Assembly (NCBI GenBank): GCA_023213395.1
Contig: CM041465.1
Coordinates: forward strand, 220,975,741-221,039,740
Source of the DNA: Cycas panzhihuaensis
Taxonomy: Eukaryota; Plantae; Cycadophyta
Length of the DNA: 64,000 nt
Direction: 5' to 3'
Shown here: positions 1-13,600 of the stretch, piece after piece
How positions within the stretch are numbered: the first letter of the stretch is position 1
How the letters are laid out: each line of letters opens with the position of its first letter
Program-made: the position numbers and the translations under genes
The notes under the pieces: model-generated
Told to the model about the DNA's origin: nothing
Databases searched by the model: none
The model's input: the letters and a program-made list of their open reading frames with translations, nothing else

Positions 1-1684
1 CTATGTAAACTAGTTGAAGAGGCCCATTTGCCCTATAACTATTATTAGGGAATCCTTTCCTTATTTTTTTGCCTAGTGTACAACACTCATATACTTCTTT
101 ACCATGTTTAATGTTAGGTAGACCAACTACCATTTCTATTTTCTTCATTAATGATAAGTTGTTGTAGTTCACATGACTAAATCTTTTATGTTGAGTCTCA
201 CTATCTATATTAATTGATGGCTTCAAGGTATAGTAGTCATTTGGGGGTATGACTAACTTAAATTACATATTACTAGTCATTTTACCCTTAATGACTATTT
301 CCTTATTCCTCGACTTATCCCTAATAATGCACTCATTATTGTCAAAGATATCTTTACTCCATCATTTGTTTAACTAATAGTAAGTTCTTCTTGAGTGTAG
401 GGATATTAAGTACATCATTGATACACTTAGTCTCTCTAAAATTTATTTGGATAGTTACATTTCCTTTATCTATTACAGCCTGAGTAGTGTTATCCCCAAA
501 TATGGTTTTGCTTATTTGAGTATTGTCTAACTCTTTAAACTATTCTTTTATATGTATCATATGAGTAGGGCAATCTGAATCAATGTACCAACTATTCTCC
601 TCTTCATTGGCTGTAAGACTTGATAGGAAAAGTCTTTCACTCTCCCTAAGTTCTTTGATTACTATATTTATTACTCCTCTTTGTATGTTAGAACTTTTTG
701 TGAAATAATTAATTTTTAAGTATCCAATTCTATGATAAGAAGAATGATATATTATTCCTATTCTTTTACCTCTAGGACTCCTCCTTTGTTCTTGATTCCT
801 ACCTCTTAGACTTTATTTTCTGCCTCTTCCTTAAGGTCCAAAACCTTATCCTTAATGTTAATTAAATTGGCCTTGATAGAATAACCTTTGTCCTTGACCT
901 TGTCCTTGATGGAATTGACCTTGACCTTAATAAAATTAACCTTATCCTTAATGAAATTATCCTTGGATTTTAAAGTTTTATCCTCTTCCTCTAAGAGATT
1001 AACCTCTTCTTTGAAAACTTTAGCCTTCATAGGATGGCTTAATCTTTGCATTAATGGTAAACACATGTTCAAAGGACTCACTACCACATTTCTTCTCTTT
1101 AACAACTAATAACATAGCACTAAGCTAATCAACCTTAAGTGTTGTAAGATCTTTAGAGACCTCAATGATTATTGCTACTATCTCAAATCTTTTTACGTCA
1201 CTATCACATCTTAGAATTTCTTCTACCACTATTTATTCATTAATAACTTCTCCTAAGACCCTCATTTGATTAAATAAGCTTTGTACCTTAGTTATGAAGT
1301 CATTAATCCCCTCATTATTATTCATCCTAAAATTTTTACATATGGTCCTTAGTATTTGAAGTTTTGATGTAGCAACTTCTTCATAGGTGGTCTTCAAAGC
1401 ATCCCACATCTCTTTTGATGTAGTCACCTCATTAACCCTTAGGAAGATATGGTCCTCTAATATGTAGAAGATGAATGCCAAGGCTTCATTGTCTTTCTTT
1501 TTGTTCTTCTTGAAGGTCTTCTTTTTATTTGCATTAGTATTAAGATCAAGTGTACCATATCCATTTTTAATTAAATATTATACATCTTTTAATACAAAAG
1601 TATGCTTTATCCTATGACTCTAATTTAAAAAATTAACACCATTAAACTTAAGTACTATTACATTGCTCATGCTAGAAGCCATCA
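1..1684 (-). mobile_element. Degenerate Ty1/Copia gag-pol remnant (gag, Gly/Gln/Arg linker, protease, start of integrase); runs off the window start
   Basis: ORF 1233-1481 is UBN2-type gag (TTSKEMWDALKTTYE..INDFITKV). Minus-strand WYIDSDCPTHM at 558-590 is the Copia protease motif. A GQ/GR-rich linker at ~800-960 has many CAA>TAA stops. Confidence 0.85.
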
Positions 1685-2898
1685 TAAAGTAAAATACCTT
1701 AAAAGATAAATTGGTTTAATAAAATGAAGTACTTTGATGAAGGTCTTAAAGAGGTGCACTTAAACAAGGGTATAAAAGGACTTGACCATAAGCTAAATTG
1801 TCCCCCTCTAGCTTTGGGACATGTACAAGTGCCTTAACTAGGACTCAACCCCTCCAAGATAAAGTTTTTGTATTAGGTTATGATTATAAAGTGAAGGTTT
1901 TTCCAAGTTATTTAAAGGTAAACTCATAGGAAGCCCACAAACTTACATCAACTTTAAATATAAGAATAATATATCAAATTATTCTAAAAATATTCAAATG
2001 ACCATCTACTTTATAAGAAATTAAAATAACAGTTCAACATTTTAAATGACACTTAATTATAACATGTTATAGTAATTTAGATGGGGGTAATTAATTTTAA
2101 CCCTTAATTACCATAACTATAAGGGGGTTAATTTTAATAACAAACCCTTAATGCGTAGACTATAATAAAAAAATTATATCAACTATATTTCGTTAAATGG
2201 GCCACTAGATGCAAGCCTAATATAGGTGTACGACAACTCGTTTCATTTAGGTGAAAGTGAACATCACTCTAAAGTTGATAGATATGTAATTAGACTCCTC
2301 GTATAATAGTTATGCTTGTTGAAGCAGAAATAAGTGCTTAAAATGGGATAGGTTTCTTAAAAAATACAGTTAAGCTCCTTTAAAACTAATCTTTTAGTCA
2401 CTTTATCACTCTATATGACCTATAAGCTTAGTAATTGAAACTTTAAAGCAATGAAATTTAGTAAAATATAAAGTATAATTGAATGTAAATAACTTTACTA
2501 AGGCAGTCCATTTAACCTTCACACTTGGCTTTTGAAACTGAGACTACCCATGCAAATAAACAATATGCTAGAGATGTATATAAGTAGGGTGACATGGTAA
2601 GATATGCATGTATGTGACTAGGTTGAGCAATTAAATAATCAAGCAATGCACTTAAATAGTCATATGATTAATCATGTGAAACACACAAAATACTACACAA
2701 GAGACTTTATTCATGAATGCTATACAATATAATATCCACCATAGATATTCAAGCAGAAATATATGTTGTTTAGGTGAATATTTAAGTTCTTCCAATGAAT
2801 GAAATTAATATAATATATGGGCAACTATCCATGTATACTAGAATGGCAAGTCAACACGTTTCAAACACAATTAATATGTCCTAGTCAAAAAATATAAC

Positions 2899-3120
2899 CA
2901 TGAAGCAAACAAGATTTCCAACAAAACTAATGAACCAACCAAATCAACTAAATAGAAGTAGGATAATCATGGGCACTAGTTAGATTACCAATAGAACAGA
3001 TAAACCAACTAGACTAACTATGCAAAAGTTATACAACCATGGGCATTAGTTAGATTGCCAATGAAATAGGTGAGCCAACTATGCTAACTGAGTAGATGTG
3101 GGATAGACATGGGTGAATGA
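2899..3120. repeat. Degenerate ~70-bp tandem repeat (about 3 units)
   Basis: Units start with CATG at 2899, 2968, 3038 and 3108. Units 2 and 3 share catgggca(c/t)tagttagatt(a/g)ccaat...ccaacta..ctaact. Confidence 0.6.
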
Positions 3121-4610
3121 GCTAATGCAAGATACCATCCAATTGTTATGAGAATGAAACCAAACTAACCAAAACTTCAGATTGTTACTTAAACGAAAAA
3201 AATATTTTAGCTATAGACTATGAATACATGAGTAGGGCTTGATCTGTGAATATGTGTATATATGGATAAAAATAACATTTGTCATCATGAATTGAGATGA
3301 AGAGGCCTAAGCATATAGATGCTTGGATGGAGAGGACACAAACCCATAGATATATGCCTAAATGGAACAAATGTAGATGCCTAAATAGAAAAGATACAGT
3401 GTTAGTAATTACATATTAATATGCTACATTAGATGCAATGATGGTATTAACAAAAATAAGACAGTTGACTTTGCCTCTCAAGATAATATAGAGGATAAAA
3501 AATATGGGTGGAACTATAAGATATAACTACATAGGATAGTGTACACATAGAAATACATTAAACTAGGCTATGGATCTCAACCAAGGTTGTAGATGGCATA
3601 GCTAGAGAATAAACAGGCTATATAGGTCTCTATTCAACTAACCTAGATAAAGAAAAAAATTGAATAGATCCTTCTCTTGTAATAGATGTGAAGATTGATG
3701 TTAACTCCACTCACATACCTAGACATATATTTTCATGCATTAGGTCTAGTGCAAATGCAAGACGAATGTTTGGGAAGAATAACTCAAGTGTAAATTGAAT
3801 CAAATATATGACATATAACCATTGATTGGTCAGAGATAGATATAGATATTATTAAATAGCAAATATAAAGTAGACGATCACTTACAAATAATGATATCAC
3901 TCATACATGTAGATGAATAAAGGTTGATATATAAACTTAAAGATTAGTGACATAAACTAAATTATAGCTTAGTGGCTTTAATACTAATGACAAATACTAG
4001 GAGTAAAATATAAATGACATAATGCAAAAGCAAGAAGAGACAAATATGATCTCATATAGGTCTTTGAACCCTATGGATAAATAGGTAGGACTGAGAGTAT
4101 TTGGCATACCTCTTAAGGTCTATCGTCACTTGGCATTGATAAACATTGTAGAGAGTACTACTTGCAAGATACAAGATATCACACTAATGAGGGTATTATC
4201 CTAATATTTTTATTGAATTGAATTAAATGCAATGAATATATATCATTGTAGGGCCATATAAATATCAATGGCATACCCCTTTGATAAGTCACAACCCTAG
4301 GTCATGTCTATTAGATAATAATTATAATTATAATTAGTTGTATTATTTACAATACTTATAATTAGTTCAAGTTGAATTATGTAATGGGAAGAAGCTAATT
4401 CTAGGTTAACCTCCTTTCATAAGGGCTATGGGAAGTAAGTCACTACTATTAGAAGAATGATTGATAAAGAATGAAGTGAAGAATTAGCTATAGTTAGGGA
4501 GATTATGAAAGGAAATTATTTCAATATCTCAACTAAAACACAAGATATGAAAGATACTCATGATCTCTAGATTGTAAAGAAAGGGAAGTATTAAAGGTAT
4601 AAAGTTTTAT

Positions 4611-4922
4611 TGAAGGAAGAATGGATCTATGAGATAAATTACTCATATGTACACAATGGCAATGGAGAATGAAAAAGAAGATGAAACAAGATATGCAAGC
4701 AAGCTTGGAGGTGAGAATGAATAATGACTCCCTCCTTGAGATTTTGCATGTTATTATTGAGGGTGAGTATTAGGGTTAGGATTTTCCTGTCTACTGACAT
4801 AAACCTAAAATTACATCTAAATGCACATAAAGTGCATTTTATTAAGAGACTAATGCTAACAATATATCCTAAGGTCACATAATTAATCTACATAAATGAC
4901 CTTGATACATTAACCTCTTTCA
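4611..4922 (-). repeat. 3' LTR of Copia 4611-9103
   Basis: Direct repeat of 8792-9103; about 24 substitutions by manual alignment. Confidence 0.95.
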
Positions 4923-5379
4923 ATCCCCCCTTAATAGTGGAAGGTCATTTTGAGAAAATCTATTCTATGAGGTCTTCATTTGAGCCTCATTATTATATGG
5001 AAATTCTAAATGACACTTTTATGGGAAAACCCTCATGGGGAATAAGAACCCATGAACTTTCTAAGATCTATAGCTCCTTTTATAAATCAAAATGGCTAAA
5101 GTGGCTCTTTGATGTAGCCTGATAGCCAAGCAACTTAAATGTGCAGCTTAATCTGCTAAGTCTCCATATATTGTTTGGTCATCCCCTATGCCCTTTTTGG
5201 GTTTTCACAGGTTTTGATTTTCCAAAACTAGTACAACCCTTATCCTTTCGTGTCCACATGGGGTTTTCACAAAGAGGATAGAGCAAAGACTTACTCTTAT
5301 TGTTCCGTGCCCACAAGGGGTTTTCATGAAGAGAATAGAGTATGATGATCCTGTTGCCATCTTCTTTGATTAGTCAAAG

Positions 5380-8300
5380 ATGGAGGCCTTGAGGCTAAGC
5401 TACCATTGGAACTATTCAAACTTCACCTTGTGTAGTGGTTTGGTGAAGACATCGGCCACTTGATCTGTTGTGAGGCAGTATTCCAGTTGAATTGTGCCGT
5501 CATGAATGAGTTCTCTAATCCTATGGACTTTCATACTTATGTGTTTGGTATGATCGTGAAATACAAGATTTTTTGCTATGCAGAGTACTGATTGATTATC
5601 CACATGAAGACTCATAGGACTTGCTTAGGTGATATTCAATGTTTCTAATAATTTTCTCAACCATATCACCTCTTTACTGGTCTCAGAAGCAGCAATGTAT
5701 TCAACTTCAGTAGTTGAATCTGCAACTATCTTTTACCATCTGGATCTCCATGATATTGGTGCTATTCCAAGAAATGTTACATACCTAGACATAGATCTTC
5801 CTATATCTTTATCTCCTACAAAGTCTAAGTCTGTGTATGCAGAAAGCTTGAAGTCTGAATTAAGTTCATACAACAAACCATATTTGTTGGTCATCTTAAG
5901 GTATCTCAACACTCACACTACTGCCTGCCAATATTCTACTTAGGATTTGTCATGTAATGAGCAAGAATGCCAACAAAGTGTGCAATATCTGGCCTTGTAT
6001 TAGTAGTATAGATGAGACTACCTGCAAGTTTCCTGTAGAGTGTTACGTCTGCCTCCCTAGTATCACCTTCAGCTGAAAGTTTGGTATTATGGTCCATAGA
6101 TAACATCATTGGTCGAGCATCTTATAACAGAAACTTAGTTAGAAGGTCATTGATGTATTTTTCTTAAGAGAGAAAAAAATTTTCATTCTTTTGTGTTATT
6201 TCAATTCCTAAGCAATATTTCATCAACCCAAGGTTAGACAATTCGAACGTTTTACCAAGGTCCTTTTTCAGCTGGCTTATTGCCTATTCACTATTACCTG
6301 TTATTAGCATATCATCCACAAAGATTATGAGATACGTGACTTTATTCTTATGGTGCTTGATGAATAATGTTGCATTAATATCTTGGTAGTCACAAACCTC
6401 ATATCAAAGTTACCTCATTCTTTTAGACAATTTAGAAAACCAAGAACAAGGGGCTTGTTTAAGGCCATACAAGGACTTTCTGAGCTTGCAAACCTTATGC
6501 TCTTGACCTTCGATCTTATATCCTTCTAACTGAGCCATGTAAATTTCTTCTTCAAGATCTTCATTGAGAAATGTAGTCTTAATATCGAGTTGGTAGATTT
6601 TCCAACCCTGTTGAGAAACCAAGGCCACAAGAGTTCTAATTGTAGGCCACTCGGTTATAGGTGCGAAGGCTTCAGTGTAGTCGATGCCTTCCCTTTATGT
6701 AAGTCCTTTAGCTACCAGCCTCACCTTGTGTTTTTCAAGGGTGCCGTCTAATCTATATTTCTTTTTGAACACCCATTTATTTTAAACTACCTTCTTGCCA
6801 AGTGGTAGATCAATGAGCTTCTATGTACCGTTCTTGATAAGAGATTAGTACTCTTCATTCATGGCATTTCTCCAAGCTATATGCTTTATAACTTCTTGGT
6901 ACATTAAGGGCTCTTCATTAAGAGTAAGGTGCAGTTCTACTAGTTTAAGCTCAGTATATAATGATTCATGCATCCTTGTTTTATGGGCACTTCGAGTGCC
7001 AGTTTTGCCTACCTCATCTGGTCTTATGTCCTTATTAAGCTGGCAAGCTTCTCGAGATCCTCAAGTTGGAACTTAGATCAAATCCACGAGAGACAAGTAT
7101 GGATAAAGAGAGTAGGTTTTGTTTGAGATTGGGTATGTATAAGACATTAAGCAATGTAAAATCTTTTAAGCCTGGGAGTTTCAGGTGAATGTTGCCAATT
7201 CCTTCAATAGGTTGTTATGATTTAATAGCCATGTAAACAACTCTTTTAACATTTGAGTCAAATGCTTGATATAGAGTGCAATTGTATGCCATATGTTGAG
7301 TTGCTCCTGTGTCCATGATCTATTGTTTATCGATTGAAGCCACACTATTGGTAATTCCAATAGGGCTTGGCATTGGTGAAGGGAATTCACAAGTGATATA
7401 TCCACACCAAGCTTCAAAGTATCTCTTTGGTTGGTCAATGGCATTTGATGTTGAAGATCTCTTAATTCTTTGAATGTGTGCTTGTATAAAACTCGCACCA
7501 CTAAAGGATTCTTCACAAGTTTCTTCAACATTGTGAGCTTCATGTTTTGGTTGTAACTTAGCCAACTTATAAGTGGCAGTTCTACAATTTTTTGCTAAGT
7601 GTCCTTTACGATTACACCGATCACACATAATAGTTTGATTACCAGTCCCTAAAGAGGTACTAGTTTGGCCTGATTGTCTTGCTCTTTATTGAGGTGGCCC
7701 TTGGCCTTGAGACTATCAAGGTTGTGATTGAGGGTTTGATTGACCTTGTGGATGGTTTCCCATATTTCTTCCTCTTCCTCTTGCTCGGTTATTTCCTCTG
7801 CCACAAGACGGGCCTTGATTTTTTGTGTAGCAAACTTCTTCTTCTACCTTAAAGGCTGCATCTAGAAGAGAGTTAGAGGCTACAAAGTTTGTATCAAAGG
7901 TCTTGTCAAATTCTATGAACTTCTCTACAAGTTCTTCGAAGTTGAGTGTCTTCAATGTTCCACTAGATTGAAGACTTCTAAATAAGTTTTTATAATCGGG
8001 CACATGTAAATATGATTGGATCAAAAATGCCCAAGTGATACATTGGGTCTTAAGGTCTTTATCAATTGCCTGTTTGATTGGTCGAAGGAGATTTATTATC
8101 TCATGAGCTCGTCCCTTTTGCATTTTTAATTTGTTCATTTTTTAAATAAGATGAACAAATTCTAAATCTGACTTTATATCAAAGTTCTTTTTGAGAACTT
8201 CTAGGACCTTCCAGGCTGTATCATGTTGCTCTTCGTTTATCAAGTTGTGCAAGGAGTGATCAATGACCAATAAAATTTTTGCACGAATCTTTTCATCATC

Positions 8301-8522
8301 TATCTCCCATTGTAGTTTAGTTGCAACATCTGTAGGAGTTGTTGGGGTAGATCCACCAAAAGCAGTTGTTGTAGCTGTTGCTGGTATGCTAGGTGTAGGC
8401 TGTAAGTGGGTTCTCTAAAGGCCTTCATACTTTGCACCATTTTTAATTCCAGTGTACCATAGATCCCAATTTTCTTTGCCTTTCAATATACAATTAACAT
8501 TTTGCTTGAATTGAGATAACAT
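5380..8522 (-). pseudogene. Disrupted gag-protease-RT-RNase H polyprotein of the Copia
   Basis: ORF pieces 7716-8138, 7320-7628, 6410-6628 and 5412-5615 separated by stops and frameshifts. Confidence 0.9.
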
Positions 8523-8791
8523 GGTGATGATGAAGAAGTATAAGAGACACCACTTATCACAGGTTACCGTTACACCAAAAGGCCTAAGGTGATTTGGGAA
8601 GAGGACTTCCTTGTGATAGTTAATGTCACGCGCTCCAACACTCCCCCGTCATAAGGAATCAACTGTACGTACATGGCATGCATGTCCACCACGACGTTCC
8701 TCGGCGGACCCACCAGCGCCTTCATGTATATCTGGGTCCACTACCATGGTATACATGACCGATTTTAAACCCTGGTTGCTCTGATACCACA

Positions 8792-9103
8792 TGAAGGAAG
8801 GATGGATCTACGAGATAAATCACTCACATGTACACAATGGCAATGGAGAATAAAAAAGAAGATGAAACAAGATATGAGAACAAGCTTGGAGGTGAAAATG
8901 AATAATAACTCACTCCTTGGGATTTTGCCTTTTATTATTGAGGGTGAGCATTAGGGTTAAGATTTTCCTACCTAATGGCATGAACCCAAAATTACATCTA
9001 AATGCACATAAAGTGCATTTCATTAAGAGACTAATGCTAACAATATATCCTAAGGTCACATAATTAATCTACACAAATGACCTTGATACATTAACCTCTT
9101 TCA
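8792..9103 (-). repeat. 5' LTR of Copia 4611-9103
   Basis: Adjacent to the PBS; direct repeat of 4611-4922. Confidence 0.95.
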
Positions 9104-10639
9104 TTTATGTTAGACTTGATTAGACATAAGAGGGTAATAGATATAAAAAATTCTTCTTTGAAGCTCTTAGAAGGAAATAAGTTGTTTAAAAAATATCTAG
9201 CCTCAGGATGGGTTGTGGAAGAGTTTTGGGTAGAGAAGAGGTTATGGAGGAATTTATTCAATAATATGATAAAGCCTTTCAAGCATAACCTTATTCTTGA
9301 AAGATAAAGGAGGCCATAGAGAAATTTATATAGTTTGTTCATAGAAAAATTAGGTTGGGGATAATAAAATGTTCTAGTGCCCTCTTGAGGCTTCAAGAGC
9401 TTATTAAGGCATTTAATAAAATGGCCAATGGTAAAGCTCTAGGTTAAGATGGATTTCCTTGTAAATTTTGTAAGGCAACTTAGGACTTTACAAGATTCTT
9501 ATTACTTAAGGTTTATCAAGAAGCCTTAATTATATGCTCTTTTACTATTTAAATTTACCAAGGAACTATAATTTTAAATTAATTTATAACTATCGGTCAA
9601 TCATACCACTTAGTATTTGTTTCAAGATTTTGACTTAAGGGACTTACTAAATTTATTAAGCATGTTCTTCCTAATATTGTTAGGTTGGAATAAACATTAT
9701 TTATTTAAAGAGATATATATTCTTAGTAATTTAATAATAATATAAGGAAACAAATGGTATTACTTTTAAGTTAGGAAACTCTTTTCGTCAAAACTAATAT
9801 TAAAAAGGCTTATGATGGATTTAAATGACTATTTTAACTAACAATGCTTAATACTTCAATTTTAGAAAATGTTTTATTAAGATGGTTCAAATATTATTTG
9901 TTGATACCTCAACCTACATTACCTTTAATGGAGTTATTACCAAATTGGTTGGCTTACAATGATCAATTTGGTAGGGTTATCCCTACACCTTATCACTTTA
10001 CATATTGGCTATAGATATATTAAGCTATCTTCTTTAGGCTAAAGTTAGAAGTGGTTGTGTTAGAGGAATTACCTTATCTAATGGTTATCTTAGTCAAATA
10101 GTAAATAAAGATTTTATTTATAACTATTGTTAAACATTTAGGATAAAGGATAAGGTAATTAGACATGCACTAAAGCACATTCAAATATATTGTAAGGCCT
10201 ATAAGTCGAGTATACATTGGATGAAAATGGCCTTTTTCTTGAAATCATATAATGACCTTGTAGATTAATTGCATCAACAGGAATAGATATGAATTAAGCT
10301 AAGTGAAATCTTTAAATTCCTTAGCATACCTTTTGGATCCTGAGTTTCTTTATCTAACCTATTAGAATCTATTATTAGTAGATGGAAAAATATTGAGAAG
10401 ATAGAACTCAAAGGTCCTCTCACTATTTAGAAGGTTTTAAGTGTGCACTATGATCTTAGTTACTGCACATATATGCTGCGCCTCTTATTGGGTCCCATCC
10501 AAAGTAGTATATAAAAGGCTAGCTAACTTATTAAGGGCATATCTTTGGTTGCCCATATAAGGTAAAATAGTCTTCTATTACATTAATTAGCTAAAGTTTA
10601 AAGAAGGCCTAGGGAATCAATGATGTATAAAATAGAAAT

Positions 10640-13600
10640 GGGCGATCAAATTATGATTAGACTAAGATATGAGCTAATGTTAGTACTTATTTAAGTTGAT
10701 TGATGGCTTGTTAAACTTTTGAGGTCTATATAAATAATGCATTATTTTTTAGCAAATCATTAAGGGGATGTGTTATGAAAGCAAAGTCCTTAAAGAATTA
10801 TTATAAAAATCAAAGTCATCTAAGAAATACCTAGATTTGTTTTATGTTTTTAGAGGGGGCATCTTTAAAATGGATTTCACCTTCTCATGATCAAGTTGAA
10901 TACTATCATAAGAAATAACAAAACTTAAGAGCTTTCTTACTATAATAATAAATACACACATAGTTAGATTAAGACAAACACAATACTTATGTAAATAAGC
11001 AAAAATCATATGAAGATTAAAAATATGATCATGCCATTGATGTGAAAAGCTTAATATGTCATCAATGTAAACCTCTATGATTTTATTAATAAGATCATGG
11101 AATGCATATTGCATATGGTGTTGATAGGTAATACCTACATTCTTCAAACCAAAAGGCATCACTTTATAATAAAATATACCCCAAGGTATAGTAACTGTTA
11201 TTTTATGATGAATATATTGAGAAATCTAAATTTGATTATAACTAGAGAACTTATCCATAAGGGATATGATCTTGAAGCTAGATACTCTATCAATGATTTG
11301 ATCAATGAATGGCAAAGAAAACTTATTCTTAAGATAAGATTTTTTCATATTTCTGAATTCAACACAAACATAAACTAAACTAATTTTCTTGATGATAGAT
11401 ATAACATTAGATACCACTTTTGGATAATTTATGGACTTAATAAATTTGGCATGGAGCAATTTCTCAATGTTAACTTTAATTATAAATGAAAGTTTTAAAT
11501 GGATGGGTTATTACTTTTGATAGTATGGATGTGTATTAGGATAAGTACTGATGTTATGGATGATAATGCTCATATTAATATCGGGCATATTAGTGTGGTC
11601 CTAAGTGAAAACATCTAAAAAATTCCTTAAATAACTTGGTGTGTTAGGTAACTTCTAAAGGGGTATATTCAACACCAACTGAGGATAATCCTTAGTTGAA
11701 AGATTGATGCTAATTGTTCCTCCTAAGTCCATAGGGCTCCCTTCCTTATAATGAAGGGGTGCATCATCAGTTAGAAGGGATGTCTCTTCTATGGAAGAAT
11801 TTCTAATTGAAAAAGGTAAATAGGGAGGAATGGAGTTCTTGAAGCCTGACATATGGTGATGAGGTGGAATACCATTATGACAACCAATCATGAATTCAAT
11901 GATTGCCTTGCCATTTTTGAAATAATCTAAGTTAAAAATATGACTCGGTAATAGTGGAGAAGACTTAACTAGTTTTGGAATAATATTATAGTTTAGACTC
12001 TTTAATGATGTAGGAAGTTCATTTGAACTTGAAGTGTGAAATAACTCTAACTAACAAGATTCCAATTTATAGTCATTAAGAAGGGAGTTAATCAAGATCA
12101 TTTTGTCAATGAAGGAATCAAGGTTAGAATCCTAAATATAGTGAGAAGCTCTAGAAACTTCATAAATTATGTTAGTTTTATAGGTTTCATATTGTAAAAA
12201 GTTGATTGATCGAATATGAAGCTTGATAAGAGCATTCTCTACTTTAGATTTAGTTGTAGGTAAGCCTTCATAAAAGCCAAATCTTAAAGGAATGAGCCTT
12301 GGTGTTAGTTGTTGATCCTTGTTAAGAACTTCGTGAATGGATTACATGAAAGGAAAATTAGAAGCAATTATATGCTTAACAATGTAAACTTTCCCTTCAT
12401 GAAGGTATTTGAATTATCCAAAGAGTAAAGAGTAAACTAGTTTAATTTTATTAATCTAGGGATGATTGAATAATAAGTTATAATCTAAATCTTAGTCAAT
12501 GACGGTGATCTCACTATTAATAATTTTGTCTTCCATAAAGATAGGAAGTGTAACTATGGCTAAGGGTTTTATAATTATATTTTCAAAGCTATAATAGTCC
12601 TAAGAGGCTTCCTCAAAAGATTAAATGTCAAATTTACTCATTAATCAAGTATGCATGGCATTGCCAGATGATCCTTCATTGATTATGACACATTCCAAAA
12701 GAACGTCTATGATCTTTACCATAATAAACAAAGGAGATAAAGATTCAATAATTCAATGAGCTTTATATAGAAGTTGAGATGGATCAAAAGTAATGACTGG
12801 TTTAAGTTATTAAGTATGGATGTCGAAGTTTATAATTACTAAGGCCTCTAATAGTTACTAAGTTTAATTAGGATAAGACTTAAGAATATCAAGCATGGAT
12901 GTACTCACCATAATTAGCTATAGTTCATCTATGATAAGATAAGGTTTTCCCTTAGTAGTTTGAATGGGCATTAAAGTAAAATTGAAGTGCATGTCTCTTG
13001 TAGAGATTTTAAGTAAAATTGGAAGTCCAGAATCATGAAAGGTTGAAGACTCATCCATGATCTACTTACCTTTTGATATGTTAATTGTTCCAACTATGTT
13101 AATAATTTTTTTCCATTTATTGATGAAATTTTAAGTGGGGTTATCTTTTGAAGGGCTTGTTTGTTCATTTCTGGGGAAAGGTTTTGCTTTTGAGGAAGAA
13201 GTAGGTGGAGTTCCTATTTATTAAGATGAATCAACATTTTTGTCTATAAATTTAGAGGGGTTCTTCTCTTATCTGTATACTTGTTGTGACTGAAAAAAGG
13301 ATTTTTATACATTAGTTGGTCTAAATTTGATTTAGACTAGTTTGATTATTATGATGAAAGTGAACTGAACCTATTTAGAAAATGATAATCATCATTGAAA
13401 TGAATTTTCCATCCATGAAGAGAGCACCACCATCTAATATAAACATTGGGGTGGAGAAATATGTCTTCAAGTAATAATAATATTTTTAGATGTGTCTTCT
13501 TTGTCTTAAGTGTGTTCAATCTTAGTTTGAGAGACACCTAGTTTATGTTTAAGTGTACGAATTGCCAAAGTAATTGGGTCTAACAACTTGTATTGTGTAA

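Larger units (their letters stand above)
4611..9103 (-). mobile_element. Ty1/Copia LTR retrotransposon with two LTRs and TSD, lacking integrase
   Basis: 312-bp TG..CA LTRs at 4611-4922 and 8792-9103. TSD TTTAT at 4606-4610 and 9104-9108. PBS-Met (rc gctctgatacca) at 8778-8789; PPT (rc atccccccttaa) from 4923. Contains gag, a CCHC knuckle (CDRCNRKGHLAKNC), protease, RT (YQLDIKTTFL, LYGLKQAP) and RNase H (DNQSV..HTKHI..ADVFTKPL) remnants. Confidence 0.95.
4400..10620 (+). mobile_element. Heavily decayed LINE ORF2 (RT) remnant, interrupted by the Copia at 4611-9103
   Basis: Removing the Copia restores KGIKFYVRLD*T*EGNRYKKFFF (W..EGD..TKFF motif). Downstream motifs: NGKALG*DGFPCKF (~9428), NYRSIIPLSICFKIL (~9588), FVKTNIKKAYD (~9783), SIW*GYP (~9963). 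Outer boundaries approximate. Confidence 0.75.

Noticed and set aside
806-1109. Overlapping ORFs with KDKVNF / LTLSL repeats as real genes
   Set aside because: Shadow frames of the decayed GQ-rich gag linker.
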